Shown here one piece after another: positions 1 to 9,370 of a stretch of DNA of 24,726 nt (positions within the stretch are counted from its first letter, which is position 1; each line of letters opens with the position of its first letter). The stretch covers positions 1 through 24,726 of the forward strand of contig JBEPZZ010000024.1 of NCBI GenBank assembly GCA_041640575.1, given 5' to 3'. The stretch comes from Pseudothermotoga sp. Lineage in GTDB: Bacteria > Thermotogota > Thermotogae > Thermotogales > DSM-5069. The notes below the pieces were generated by a model. It made no database searches, was not told the origin of the DNA, and saw only the letters and a program-made list of their open reading frames with translations. Made by a program: the position numbers and the translations under genes.

Positions 1-1034
1 TAGAACTGACGTATTAGAGATTCAACTGAGACCGTCCTGCAATCAGATTCAACCCACATTCCACCGGCAACTTCCCAGCGGCCTTCTTTAACAAGGCTCT
101 TTACTTCCTCAAACAATTTTGGTTCAGTTTCCTTCAAATCTCGATACATCTGAGCTGATGATTGACTGTAAATGAAATAATCATACTTTCTTGCTAGAGA
201 AACCGCATTTGCAAATGTTCTTACTATTTTTCTCTTTGTTTCCTCAACTGGCCAAAGCCATGCATAGTCAATATGAGAATGCCCAGTCACATAAACTGTT
301 CCATACTTTGGAAACGGCGCCTTTTTCACTTTTTCCTTGAACTGTGTGAATTTTTCAGTAAACAAAGCAAAAAAATCCTGATCGAACAAACCCTGGCCAG
401 GTACTATCTCAACTGGTGTCCAGGTTGTACCCACTTCCTTGGCAGTGGGATTGTCAAAAAGTCCCTTCTTGTAAGTTTCAATGTCTCTGGGAAAGTCAAC
501 TGATTGAAGAAAGTCATTTGCCACATCAATCAAGTAGTTTGCTAAACTCTCGTTATCTGTTTCCTCAATCACAGATATCACATTTTGTGTATAAGATATC
601 ATCTTTCTCATGGTTTTGTTATATGTAACAATATAGCAGTGCCTGAACACTGCTTCTTCCCTTGTTCCGAACAATCCTCTTGGAACAGTGACTGCTTCGA
701 TGTGATGACTCTTACCATCACAGAAAGGAAGCAAATCTATTTCCTTGTGGAACTGGTTGATCTGACCGTAAGGTTTTTGATCAATCTTTATCAATGTTTC
801 TCCACCAAACCAAGCGTTAAGATATAATTCTGAATCAGCCAAAGGACGATCCAATCGAAAATTACATTCGAAAACTGCTAAACTTTTTTCTGCCCAACTG
901 TAAGGTAATGTGATCTTATTACCATTTTGAATCCAAGCATCAAACGGTTCTCTTTTTATCACGGTGAAAGGAATAAGCTCAGAAAGAGCTCGTCTTAGGT
1001 GTGAAACCTCCATTTGCTTTTTTCTGTAACTCAT
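1..1034 (-). CDS. GH38 alpha-mannosidase, N-terminal part (continues off the left edge)
   Basis: Not in the ORF track; 5' and 3' segments translated by hand in one frame. ATG at 1034 follows GGGGGT. Starts MSYRKKQMEVSHLRR and contains GH38 motifs VTGHSHIDYAWLWPVEETKRK, SQSSAQMY and GRWEVAGGMWVESDCRTVSVESLIRQF at the window edge. Confidence 0.93.
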   Translation of the reverse strand, partial: MSYRKKQMEVSHLRRALSELIPFTVIKREPFDAWIQNGNKITLPYSWAEKSLAVFECNFRLDRPLADSELYLNAWFGGETLIKIDQKPYGQINQFHKEIDLLPFCDGKSHHIEAVTVPRGLFGTREEAVFRHCYIVTYNKTMRKMISYTQNVISVIEETDNESLANYLIDVANDFLQSVDFPRDIETYKKGLFDNPTAKEVGTTWTPVEIVPGQGLFDQDFFALFTEKFTQFKEKVKKAPFPKYGTVYVTGHSHIDYAWLWPVEETKRKIVRTFANAVSLARKYDYFIYSQSSAQMYRDLKETEPKLFEEVKSLVKEGRWEVAGGMWVESDCRTVSVESLIRQF

Positions 1035-1045
1035 CTTTATACCCC

Positions 1046-2062
1046 CTAACGATTACACCCACAAGATTTCCTAATAACCAATTGCGTTTTTGTGCGTATA
1101 ACCTTTTGCGTATTCTCGCCCTTCATGATTTTAATTAAGGCTAACACAGCTAAGCTCCCGACTTGCTCCAAATCTTGCTTAACGGTGGTTAATTCCGGCA
1201 TTGTTAAACCAGAAATAGGTTCATCATCAAAGCCTACTATCATTACATCATTTGGGACATCGATACCACTTTTTAAAAGATATGTCAATCCTCGAATCGC
1301 CAAAGAGTCGTTACAGAAGAAAATTGTATCTAGATTTCCTTTCCTCACCATTTGAACTAAACGTGAGAAGTCTCTCTGCACTTCTAACACTTCTACCACT
1401 TCCACTTTTTTCTTGAGTTCTTGGCATATCCCTTCATACCTTTCTCTGACGCTGGATATGCTTACATCTTCGTAAGTAACGAAAATTGGGTTTTTTGTTC
1501 CGTGATAATCTCTCATATGCTTTGCTAATAACATTGCTCCGCCCGAGTTATCGGAAAGCACTGTTACTATATTTTGGTACTTGTCTACCAATCTGTCCAC
1601 AAAAACAACTGGAAAATCTGTTTTCACAATCTTCTCAAAAATATGATTTTCTACACTGAAGGAACGTGGTTCCATTATCAAACCATCGATTTTCAAATCC
1701 AGTAGATGCCTCAAATTCCTAATTTCGTCTGTTACGTTTTCTCCAGTATCCTCAACAAAGCATCTAACTCCCAGCGCCGTACATGTTTTAACAATTCCAA
1801 AAACTATCGCGTGACTACGAGCAAGGACACCTATTCTTCTTGTTGATAGCAGGTCATTGGTGCTAACAAAAGTACCTAGGCCGTGGATCTTAAAAATTAG
1901 TCCTCTTTTTTCAAGTTCCAGCAATGCTCTTCTAACCGTCATACGAGTGACACCAAACAGCTGTGAAATTTCATTCTCGGATGGCAACTTTTCGCCAATT
2001 TTTATTTTCTCGGTAAAAATTAACTTTTCCAAATGTTTTACGATTGCTTCATATTTTTTCAT
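1046..2062 (-). CDS. GntR-HTH / LacI-type effector-domain hybrid repressor (AraR-like architecture)
   Basis: N-terminal GntR wHTH (GEKLPSENEISQLFGVTRMTVRRAL...HGLGTFV) and C-terminal LacI-type domain (FFCNDSLA, VPNDVMIVGFDD, LTTVKQD, RKSC). Start moved from 2095 to ATG 2062, which follows GGAGAG. Confidence 0.92.
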   Translation of the reverse strand: MKKYEAIVKHLEKLIFTEKIKIGEKLPSENEISQLFGVTRMTVRRALLELEKRGLIFKIHGLGTFVSTNDLLSTRRIGVLARSHAIVFGIVKTCTALGVRCFVEDTGENVTDEIRNLRHLLDLKIDGLIMEPRSFSVENHIFEKIVKTDFPVVFVDRLVDKYQNIVTVLSDNSGGAMLLAKHMRDYHGTKNPIFVTYEDVSISSVRERYEGICQELKKKVEVVEVLEVQRDFSRLVQMVRKGNLDTIFFCNDSLAIRGLTYLLKSGIDVPNDVMIVGFDDEPISGLTMPELTTVKQDLEQVGSLAVLALIKIMKGENTQKVIRTKTQLVIRKSCGCNR

Positions 2063-2190
2063 CAGCATCTCTCCAAGCATTAAGTGATTTCTCATGAAAT
2101 GATATCAATTATTTTCAAACGATCAAAATCTGAATTTTGCGAGCAACAATGAAATATCTTGAGAAAAGTCGAGAAAACAAGGGTCAAAAC

Positions 2191-2205
2191 TTGTATAGAC
2201 AACAT
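2191..2205. promoter_or_regulatory. Candidate GntR operator 1 (TTGTATAGACAACAT)
   Basis: Near-palindrome TTGTATAGACAA with a GTnTAnAC core of the GntR type. Lies just downstream of a leftward GATAAT -10-like hexamer (2205-2210). Confidence 0.65.
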
Positions 2206-2244
2206 TATCTACAAATAATTGATTTACTTTGAAAGAAATAAGAC

Positions 2245-2274
2245 TTGCATTCAAAAAGCAATTAGCGGTATATT
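2245..2274 (+). promoter_or_regulatory. Candidate sigma70-type promoter of the ABC operon
   Basis: TTGCAT (2245-2250), 18-nt spacer, TATATT (2269-2274). Confidence 0.5.
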
Positions 2275-2283
2275 AAGCTATGA

Positions 2284-2297
2284 GGTATATACAACAT
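2284..2297. promoter_or_regulatory. Candidate GntR operator 2 (GGTATATACAACAT)
   Basis: Shares GTATAnACAACAT with operator 1 and lies just downstream of the rightward -10. Confidence 0.65.
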
Positions 2298-2377
2298 CTC
2301 ATAATATCCTTGAAGATCCGCCACAATACAACGTCCATTTATTCTGGTTCCATCCTGTTGATGGGAGGGGGTTCGCG

Positions 2378-3745
2378 ATGAAATTGTTTAAGGTTTTGCT
2401 GACTGCAGGAATTTGCGTGGCGTTTGCATTTCTTTCATTCGCACAACCGATTACACTGACCGTCACCTCACGCGCAGTCCGAGGTGGTGTTAACACCCAA
2501 CTTGTTGAATGGTTTGAGGACATTGTAATTCCAGCATTCGTCGCAGAAATGAAAGCAAAAGGTATAGATATTCAAGTCAAATTCATCCAGTTTAGTGGCA
2601 GTGATGAAGCTCTCAAACAGCAGTATGCATTGGATTTGAGTGTAGGTCGAGGTGCTGACATACTTGGATTTGACGGATTCTGGATTCCAGAATTTGCTGA
2701 AGCTGGCCTCGTAAAACCTCTTGAAGCAATTGTCGGACCAGAGCTTTGGGATTGGGACGGATGGCAATTCATTCCCCAGGGAATGAGAGAAATTCTCGGA
2801 TATCGTGGAAAAGCATATGGTTTGGCAGCAGGAACCGATGTGCGTGTTATCTTTTACAGACGTGACTTGTTTGAGAAAGCTGGAATACCTCAGCCATGGC
2901 AACCAAAATCTTGGGATGAATTGTTGGAAACAGCTAGAATCATCAAGAAACGCTTGCCTGATGTAATCCCGCTCCAAATCAACGCAGGAACTGAAATGGG
3001 TGAAGCTACAACAATGCAAGGATGGTTTATGGTTTTGCTTGGAACAGGAATTCACATGTTCGACTTTGAAAACGAGAAATGGATTGTGGAACATCCAGGA
3101 ATTCTTGACGCTCTTGAGTTTTACAAGATTGTTTATGTTGACGAGAAGTTAGCAGATGCACGGATGCAATTGATGTCTGGAGCGCGTGCACGCACCTTTG
3201 AAGCATTCAGGGATGGAAAGATAGCAATGCTCGTAGAAGGTGACTGGTTCTGGCGCTCAGTACTCGCTCCCGGTTCAGAATGGGCCATACCGAACCGTGA
3301 AAAAACAGTTGGATGGGCAAAAATGCCGGCCAAGAAACCTGGTGCTGGTTACCGTGGCCAAGACTTTGTTTCTATATCCGGAGGTACTGGATTCATAATC
3401 AATCCTAATACACAACATCCAAAGCTGGCATGGGCCTTGCTTAGTTTTTCGATGAGCAAAGAGATGCAAATGGCTTTTCAGAAAATACAACCTCGAATTC
3501 GTGCAAGAATAGATGTACCAGTTACTGGTGATCCCATAATGTCTGAAATGGCTGAAGCAGTTCTGCCATTTACGACTGTTAGACCTATGTATCCAGAATA
3601 TCCAAAGATTTCTTACCAAGCTCAGTTAATGACGGAACGTGTAATATCTGGTGCGATGACACCGAGACAGGCTATGGAGGCTTACAGAGATGCAGTTATT
3701 GAAATTGTCGGAATCAAAAAAGCATTAATTGTGCCGGCTAAGTGA
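2378..3745 (+). CDS. CUT1 carbohydrate ABC transporter solute-binding protein
   Basis: Start moved from 2219 to ATG 2378 after GGGAGGGGG. Sec signal peptide MKLFKVLL...LSFA|Q. Family-1 SBP features ADILGFDGFWIPEFAEAGLVKPL, IFYRRDLFEKAGI, PKSWDELLETA, FRDGKIAM. Confidence 0.92.
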   Translation: MKLFKVLLTAGICVAFAFLSFAQPITLTVTSRAVRGGVNTQLVEWFEDIVIPAFVAEMKAKGIDIQVKFIQFSGSDEALKQQYALDLSVGRGADILGFDGFWIPEFAEAGLVKPLEAIVGPELWDWDGWQFIPQGMREILGYRGKAYGLAAGTDVRVIFYRRDLFEKAGIPQPWQPKSWDELLETARIIKKRLPDVIPLQINAGTEMGEATTMQGWFMVLLGTGIHMFDFENEKWIVEHPGILDALEFYKIVYVDEKLADARMQLMSGARARTFEAFRDGKIAMLVEGDWFWRSVLAPGSEWAIPNREKTVGWAKMPAKKPGAGYRGQDFVSISGGTGFIINPNTQHPKLAWALLSFSMSKEMQMAFQKIQPRIRARIDVPVTGDPIMSEMAEAVLPFTTVRPMYPEYPKISYQAQLMTERVISGAMTPRQAMEAYRDAVIEIVGIKKALIVPAK

Positions 3746-3769
3746 CCAGCCTTCTGATGGTTTAACTGA

Positions 3770-3805
3770 AAAGGGGTCCGGCCTCTCCAACTGCTGGACC
3801 CCTTT
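3770..3805 (+). terminator. Intercistronic stem-loop after the SBP gene (partial terminator or mRNA stabiliser)
   Basis: AAAGGGGTCCGGC-N10-GCTGGACCCCTTT, followed by a short T tract. Confidence 0.7.
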
Positions 3806-3829
3806 ATTACAAAAGGAGGGAAAATCATC

Positions 3830-4729
3830 ATGGACATTTTACCTAGAAAAGTTGGTGTTCTGTTTCTGGCCCCGGCATTGATATTTGTAGGATTGTTTCT
3901 ACTGTTTCCGTTTGTCTGGGTAATTCTGATAAGCTTTACGAACCGTGCTCTTACAGGTTCAGCAGCATTGTCTCCTTCTTTCGTTGGGTTAAACAATTAC
4001 TTTCGACTTTTCGACTTCCGGCGATGGATGCGCCCCGGAGAATTTGGAAACGCATTGAAAAATACTGCGCTTTTCGTTCTAGGTTCTGCAATTTTCGGTC
4101 AAGTTCCACTGGGACTGGCAATTGCTCTTTTCCTACATCGTTTCAAATGGAAAATAGTTCGTGAAATCATTTATACTTTAGCCATAGCAGCTTGGATCCT
4201 TCCCGGAGTACCAGTCGCATTTGCTTGGATAGCATTTCTCGACAGAGACTTTGGAACGCTCAACGCGATATTAAGGTTCCTCAACTTAGGCCCTATCGAT
4301 TGGTACTTCGATCAACCAATGCTGGCTATTATTTTGTTCAACATTTGGCGAGGAACAGCTTTTTCAATGTTGCTATTCTCGGCCGCGTTGGGTTCAATAC
4401 CGCCATCGTATTGGGATATATCTGAAGTAGTCGGAGCTACAGCTTGGCAAAGATTCAAAGATGTAATATTCCCACTGATAAAGCCTCATATACTCACGGA
4501 TTTAATTTTAGTAACTTTATGGACATTCAATTCGTTCACACCTTATCTCATAACAGGTGGAGGACCATTGTTCAAGAGTGAGACGATACCTATGTATACC
4601 TATCGAGAAGCATTTAGATTCTTGGAATTTGGAAAAGGAGCAACAGCAGCAGTCGTCATAATGACAATCAATTTGTTACTCGCTATTGGTTATCTGATCA
4701 TGCTAAAACGACAGGAGGTGTACAGATGA
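3830..4729 (+). CDS. Carbohydrate ABC permease (MalF-like)
   Basis: Multiple TM segments, FVGLNNY motif, degenerate EAA loop (IPPSYWDISEVVGATAWQRFKDVIFPLIKP). RBS AGGAGGG. Confidence 0.93.
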   Translation: MDILPRKVGVLFLAPALIFVGLFLLFPFVWVILISFTNRALTGSAALSPSFVGLNNYFRLFDFRRWMRPGEFGNALKNTALFVLGSAIFGQVPLGLAIALFLHRFKWKIVREIIYTLAIAAWILPGVPVAFAWIAFLDRDFGTLNAILRFLNLGPIDWYFDQPMLAIILFNIWRGTAFSMLLFSAALGSIPPSYWDISEVVGATAWQRFKDVIFPLIKPHILTDLILVTLWTFNSFTPYLITGGGPLFKSETIPMYTYREAFRFLEFGKGATAAVVIMTINLLLAIGYLIMLKRQEVYR

Positions 4730-5556
4730 AATGGGCGAAAACAGCTTTCTTACACCTTGGCCGAATACTCTTTATAGTAATACTCATTGGTTTTTTCCTA
4801 CTTCCATTACTTTGGTTAGTAACGGCTCCATTTAGTTCATCGGCTACTTTGCGAATAACTCTTCCAGTTAAAGCCACACTGAACAATTTCAAAACTGTAC
4901 TTTCAAATCCAATTTCGGTGCGTGCTTTGTTTATAAACAGTCCAATAATTGCTGGAGGAGCCATGATAGGTGTTACCATAATTGCTTCCCTTGCTGCGTA
5001 TTCGCTTGCTAGAACAAAAATTCCCGCGCAAGGAATTGTGGTTTACATACTGATACTCTTTTCCGCCGTGGTGACTGGAACCGCAGCTATGGTACCTATA
5101 TTCCTGCTCTTGTACTCTTTAAAGTTGATTGACACACATATTGGAACAATCTTGGTCTATGTAGGGGGTCTATTACCAACTGGTATTTTCCTTATGCGAG
5201 GCTTCATGGATACTGTTCCACGCTCTTATGAGGAAGCAGCAATTGTTAGTGGAGCAAAAACCTTGCAAATGTTCAAAGATGTTGTTGTGCCTATTGTACG
5301 TCCTGGAATGATGGTTGTAGCCGTGTGGGCATTTGTTCAGGCCTGGGGAGATTTTCTCATTCCGATGATTCTGATTCGAAGTCCAATGAAAATGCCTGCC
5401 CCAATAGCCATTTATTCATTCTACACAGAAGGTGGTACACCAGTTTTAACGCTAGTTTCGGCATACTCGTTGCTTTACATGTTACCGGCAATAGTTTTAT
5501 ACCTGTTCGTGAATCTGCGATATGGATTTCGATTTTTTGGAGGGATTAAACGATGA
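4726..5556 (+). CDS. Carbohydrate ABC permease (MalG-like)
   Basis: EAA loop VPRSYEEAAIVSGAKTLQMFKDVVVP. ATGA overlap with the upstream gene. Confidence 0.93.
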   Translation: MKWAKTAFLHLGRILFIVILIGFFLLPLLWLVTAPFSSSATLRITLPVKATLNNFKTVLSNPISVRALFINSPIIAGGAMIGVTIIASLAAYSLARTKIPAQGIVVYILILFSAVVTGTAAMVPIFLLLYSLKLIDTHIGTILVYVGGLLPTGIFLMRGFMDTVPRSYEEAAIVSGAKTLQMFKDVVVPIVRPGMMVVAVWAFVQAWGDFLIPMILIRSPMKMPAPIAIYSFYTEGGTPVLTLVSAYSLLYMLPAIVLYLFVNLRYGFRFFGGIKR

Positions 5557-6704
5557 CAAGCAAAAAGGAAGAGACTACTCAACAAAATAACTCCGACGCG
5601 CTTCACGATTACCTGGTATTTGATAAAGTTACGAAGCAATTTGGCAATGTCGTCGCAGTTGATCACCTTACGTTAAGCGTTTCAAAAGGTGAATTCATTG
5701 TGTTGCTTGGTCCATCAGGTTGTGGAAAAACTACCACTCTTCGTCTTGTGGCTGGACTCGAGAGGCCCACAGAGGGCAGAATCTTTCTTCAAGGCAAAGA
5801 TATTACACAATTACACCCACGAGAACGCAACGTAGCAATGGTGTTTCAAGATTACGCTTTATATCCTCACATGACACTTTTTGAAAATATTGCTTATCCA
5901 CTAAAGTTGCGTAAGATACCACGCAGCACAATAGAAATGAAAGTAATAGAGGTTGCCAATCGCCTCGGAATAAGTGAACTGCTTAATCGTCGACCAGGAC
6001 AAGTTTCAGGAGGGCAGCAGCAACGCGCTGCTGTTGCAAGAGCTTTGGTTTACAAACCTAAGATATTCCTATTTGACGAACCTCTTTCTAACCTTGATGC
6101 AAAATTGCGCTTAGAAGCGCGTGCTTTTCTGCAGCATTTGTGCAGGGAAGAGAAGATAACAACAATTTATGTCACCCATGACCAGGCTGAAGCTATGGCC
6201 TTGGCTGATCGCATTGGTGTCATGGATCACGGTAAATTGCTTCAGATCGATAATCCGCTTGAAATCTATCACAAACCGAAAAACGTTTTCGTAGCTGGTT
6301 TTATAGGTAACCCTCCCATGAATCTGCTCCCCTGTATTCTGAAAAATGATGGGGAATCCATGACGCTTGTTGGTGATGGGTTCAAAATTGTTGCCAATTT
6401 TTTCCTTGGCCAACAAGAGGCGTCCTTCAAAGTGCCGGTTGGACGAAACTATGTTTTGGGTTTCCGACCAGAACACGCTCATCTCCTCGAAAATGTTAGT
6501 GATTCTTACGCGCTTTGCGGACATGTATACGCTGTTCAACCACTTGGTGCAGAAACTTTGGTCACTGTAAAAATTGGGAATAGTTTTGTGTCAGTCAGGC
6601 TATTCACAGATAAAATTCCATCGTTAGATGAACAAGTATGTATTCAGCTGAACTATAATCGACTCTACATCTTTTCTGATTCGGGTGATCGCATATGGCC
6701 TTGA
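5553..6704 (+). CDS. Carbohydrate ABC ATPase (MalK/UgpC-like)
   Basis: Walker A GPSGCGKTT, Q-loop VFQDYALYPH, signature VSGGQQQR, Walker B LFDEPLSNLD, YVTHDQ, and a C-terminal TOBE-like region. Confidence 0.95.
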   Translation: MTSKKEETTQQNNSDALHDYLVFDKVTKQFGNVVAVDHLTLSVSKGEFIVLLGPSGCGKTTTLRLVAGLERPTEGRIFLQGKDITQLHPRERNVAMVFQDYALYPHMTLFENIAYPLKLRKIPRSTIEMKVIEVANRLGISELLNRRPGQVSGGQQQRAAVARALVYKPKIFLFDEPLSNLDAKLRLEARAFLQHLCREEKITTIYVTHDQAEAMALADRIGVMDHGKLLQIDNPLEIYHKPKNVFVAGFIGNPPMNLLPCILKNDGESMTLVGDGFKIVANFFLGQQEASFKVPVGRNYVLGFRPEHAHLLENVSDSYALCGHVYAVQPLGAETLVTVKIGNSFVSVRLFTDKIPSLDEQVCIQLNYNRLYIFSDSGDRIWP

Positions 6705-8119
6705 AAGTCATGTACACAGGTGTATTTAGACCATCAGATAAAGATCTAGCCACATATCGGCTTTTTCCATTTCCAGTTTTTGAAGGGGCAAAATGGATCG
6801 AGATCAACTATGATTATGATCACGGCAACGGAAACATACTTGACTTAGGTTTATTTGACAATCAAGGAACTAAATTTCTTACACCTGAAGGGTTTCGAGG
6901 ATGGAGTGGTAGTGCAAAGAATCACATAATTGTTGCCGAGAATTTTGCCACACCTGGTTATCTAGAGGGTCCCATACGTGCTGGTACCTGGCATGTTGTT
7001 CTCGGGCTTTACCAGATAAATTCAGAAAGTTGTGCATATCAATTAGAAATACTCATACACGATACTGAATATGAAGAACAAGTTTCTGCAACAACTTATC
7101 AAGAGAATTTTGAACGCATCAACTCCAAAGTCTTGTTCAAGAACTTCAAGCGTAAGCCGAATTGGTTAAGAGGAGATTTGCATTCTCATACGCACCATTC
7201 TGATGCCCAGTGCACAGTAGATGAACTAGTCTATGCCGCACTCAAGCATGAACTCGACTTCATTGCTATTACTGACCACAACACAGTGAGTCATTTTAGA
7301 GATATTCAGAATTTAAGAAATGAAAATGTTTGTGTGATACCAGGAGAAGAAATTACAACTTATTATGGTCATGCAAATGTATGGTCACTAGAGCATTGGC
7401 TTGATTTTAGGTGTATCACAGAAGACGATGTAAATCAGATTTGCTATGAAGCTCATCGTCGTGGTTGCTTGTTTTCGATTAATCATCCCAAACCAAACGG
7501 TCCAAATTGGGAACTTGGTTTTTCATTCCCATTTGATTGTATTGAAGTCTGGCAATCACTTTGGTTTCGAAATAACGAACACAGCCTGGCTTTATGGGAT
7601 TCTCTGCTACGCAAAGGCAGGAAGATAATTGCAGTTGGTGGAAGTGACACTCACCCTATTAAGCTAAAAGATGGAAAATTACTTGAATGGTTAGGACAGC
7701 CTACAACATGGGTTTACACAAATAGCCCAACGGCTGAAGCCATTCTCAAAGCCATTGCTAACGGCCATGTAACAATTTCGGCTTGTCCATCTGGTCCGTT
7801 TGTTACTCTAGAATGCTGGATAAGTGGACGGCAGATAGCTTTGCAGGGTGATACAGTAAGAGCAGACACTTGTGTCATCAAAGTCGAGGTCCTGAATGGC
7901 AAAGCGTTGATATTAAGAATTCTTTCTCAGCAAGGAGAACTGTTTCGCCGATTGGTAGAATCTGAAGAGTGGGTCTGTGAGTACAAAATCAATTTGAAAG
8001 ATCATGGATATGTTAGAGCTGAACTTCGTGTTCCAACTCCCTTAGAAGTTTCAACCATTGAAAGAATGCCTTTAGCGGCATTGACTAATCCTATATGGCA
8101 TTGTGATTTTGTTCGCTAA
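6695..8119 (+). CDS. PHP-domain metallohydrolase (CehA/McbA-like family), cytoplasmic
   Basis: PHP motifs GDLHSHTHHSD, ITDHN, GEEIT, GHAN, NHP, GGSDTH. Extra N-terminal beta-rich domain, no signal peptide. Overlaps the ATPase gene by 10 nt. Confidence 0.85.
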   Translation: MALKVMYTGVFRPSDKDLATYRLFPFPVFEGAKWIEINYDYDHGNGNILDLGLFDNQGTKFLTPEGFRGWSGSAKNHIIVAENFATPGYLEGPIRAGTWHVVLGLYQINSESCAYQLEILIHDTEYEEQVSATTYQENFERINSKVLFKNFKRKPNWLRGDLHSHTHHSDAQCTVDELVYAALKHELDFIAITDHNTVSHFRDIQNLRNENVCVIPGEEITTYYGHANVWSLEHWLDFRCITEDDVNQICYEAHRRGCLFSINHPKPNGPNWELGFSFPFDCIEVWQSLWFRNNEHSLALWDSLLRKGRKIIAVGGSDTHPIKLKDGKLLEWLGQPTTWVYTNSPTAEAILKAIANGHVTISACPSGPFVTLECWISGRQIALQGDTVRADTCVIKVEVLNGKALILRILSQQGELFRRLVESEEWVCEYKINLKDHGYVRAELRVPTPLEVSTIERMPLAALTNPIWHCDFVR

Positions 8120-8294
8120 CATGCTGCTAGTGCATTGTTCCTACCTAGACAAATCTGATAAGATAAAACTTCTAGTGATAATTTGCTATACTAACTTTGT
8201 AACACTTAACTTTTTGTAGCTAGGCAATCAATAATTTATTGCAGAATACTGAACTTAGAGCTGAAAAGTGACAAACAAGGATGTGCATAATTTC

Positions 8295-9044
8295 ATGAGA
8301 AAGTCGATCATATTCCTAGTCTTTATCGTTTCGGCTATAGTTTCAACTTTTGCAAACATGTTTCCGATGATTATCACGGCAGAAACTGCGCAGGCATATT
8401 TTGTCAGCTTCAGAAGTTTGAAAGACGCCACAGGTCTGAAGATGCTAATTGAAGTATTAGAAAATTCCCTCAGCGATGCGACAAATGCAGAATTGATGAC
8501 AATCTTAGCTGAAGCTATTTTAGAATATGCGATTTGGGGTTTGCCTGAGGGAGTCAAGCTTAGAGAATTTGAAAAGGCTAGAAAATACGCAGAGCAAGCA
8601 ATAAAACTTGATGGCACAAATGGAAAGGCTTGGTTCGTAACCGCACTAGCTATTTCAAGAATCATTCCATATAAAGATCCGGTGACTAAGCTTTTATTGT
8701 TGCGTGAATTTGACAGATACAATGAACAAGCAATAGAACTGCTTGATGATCCGCTTTATAAAGCACTTGCATTCATGGGATCTGCAATAAGGTTCAGAGA
8801 ACCGCCATGGCCATTGAACAATTACGAAGAATCACAAAGAAGATTCCAAAAAGCTATTGAGTATGCCCCAGATCTGCCAAATATTTACTTTGAATTTGGC
8901 TTACTGTATTTAAAGATGGGCAACAAAATAAAGGCAAGAGAAATGTTTCTGAAGGTAACAGAGCTGCCGGCCCATCCACTCTTTCTTAAAGCGCATGAAG
9001 AGCTTTTGGAAAGCGCAAAACAGGAATTAGACAAGTTAAAATAA
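8295..9044 (+). CDS. Secreted tetratricopeptide-repeat protein
   Basis: Signal peptide from ATG 8295 (MRKSIIFLVFIVSAIVSTFA). TPR-like units AEQAIKLDGTNGKAW and FQKAIEYAPDLPNIYFEFGLLYLKMGNKIKAREMF. The track start is GTG 8268. Confidence 0.8.
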   Translation: MRKSIIFLVFIVSAIVSTFANMFPMIITAETAQAYFVSFRSLKDATGLKMLIEVLENSLSDATNAELMTILAEAILEYAIWGLPEGVKLREFEKARKYAEQAIKLDGTNGKAWFVTALAISRIIPYKDPVTKLLLLREFDRYNEQAIELLDDPLYKALAFMGSAIRFREPPWPLNNYEESQRRFQKAIEYAPDLPNIYFEFGLLYLKMGNKIKAREMFLKVTELPAHPLFLKAHEELLESAKQELDKLK

Positions 9045-9291
9045 TCTGTTAAGTTGTTGGATCAAACATGAACTTTTACAGTTTACAATTTGCACAGTTG
9101 TATTTTCACAATTTGGATTTTGCTGAATCAATCAAAAGTTTTTAGGCAAATGATAATTCAAGTTCAGAAGATGGTGCCGACATTCGAAAATGCCATTTGG
9201 CAGTATTCCTGGCCTTGGATTCTTCTTATTTGATGTGTCACACATTTTTGGCATTCATATTTGGATTTTGTATCACTTTTTTCTACAGTGG

Positions 9292-9300
9292 TGATATAAT
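9292..9300 (+). promoter_or_regulatory. Extended -10 promoter element of the tct-oxidoreductase operon
   Basis: TG-A-TATAAT, 70 nt upstream of the tctC ATG. RBS GGAGGT precedes the ATG. Confidence 0.6.
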
Positions 9301-9370
9301 TTGTTAAAAATATCCGATTTTTTGTACTAAGCATTTCATAAATTTAGTGTTCGCTTGAGGAGGTGTAACT

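Noticed and set aside
273..827. Three short plus-strand ORFs in the track
   Set aside because: They are antisense shadows of the minus-strand GH38 gene, which the track missed because it has no stop in the window.
2219..2377. 53-aa N-terminal extension of the SBP
   Set aside because: It spans the promoter and operator; the RBS and signal peptide point to ATG 2378.
6695..8119. Calling the PHP protein a carbamate-pesticide hydrolase
   Set aside because: The similarity is at family level only, and the context is sugar uptake.
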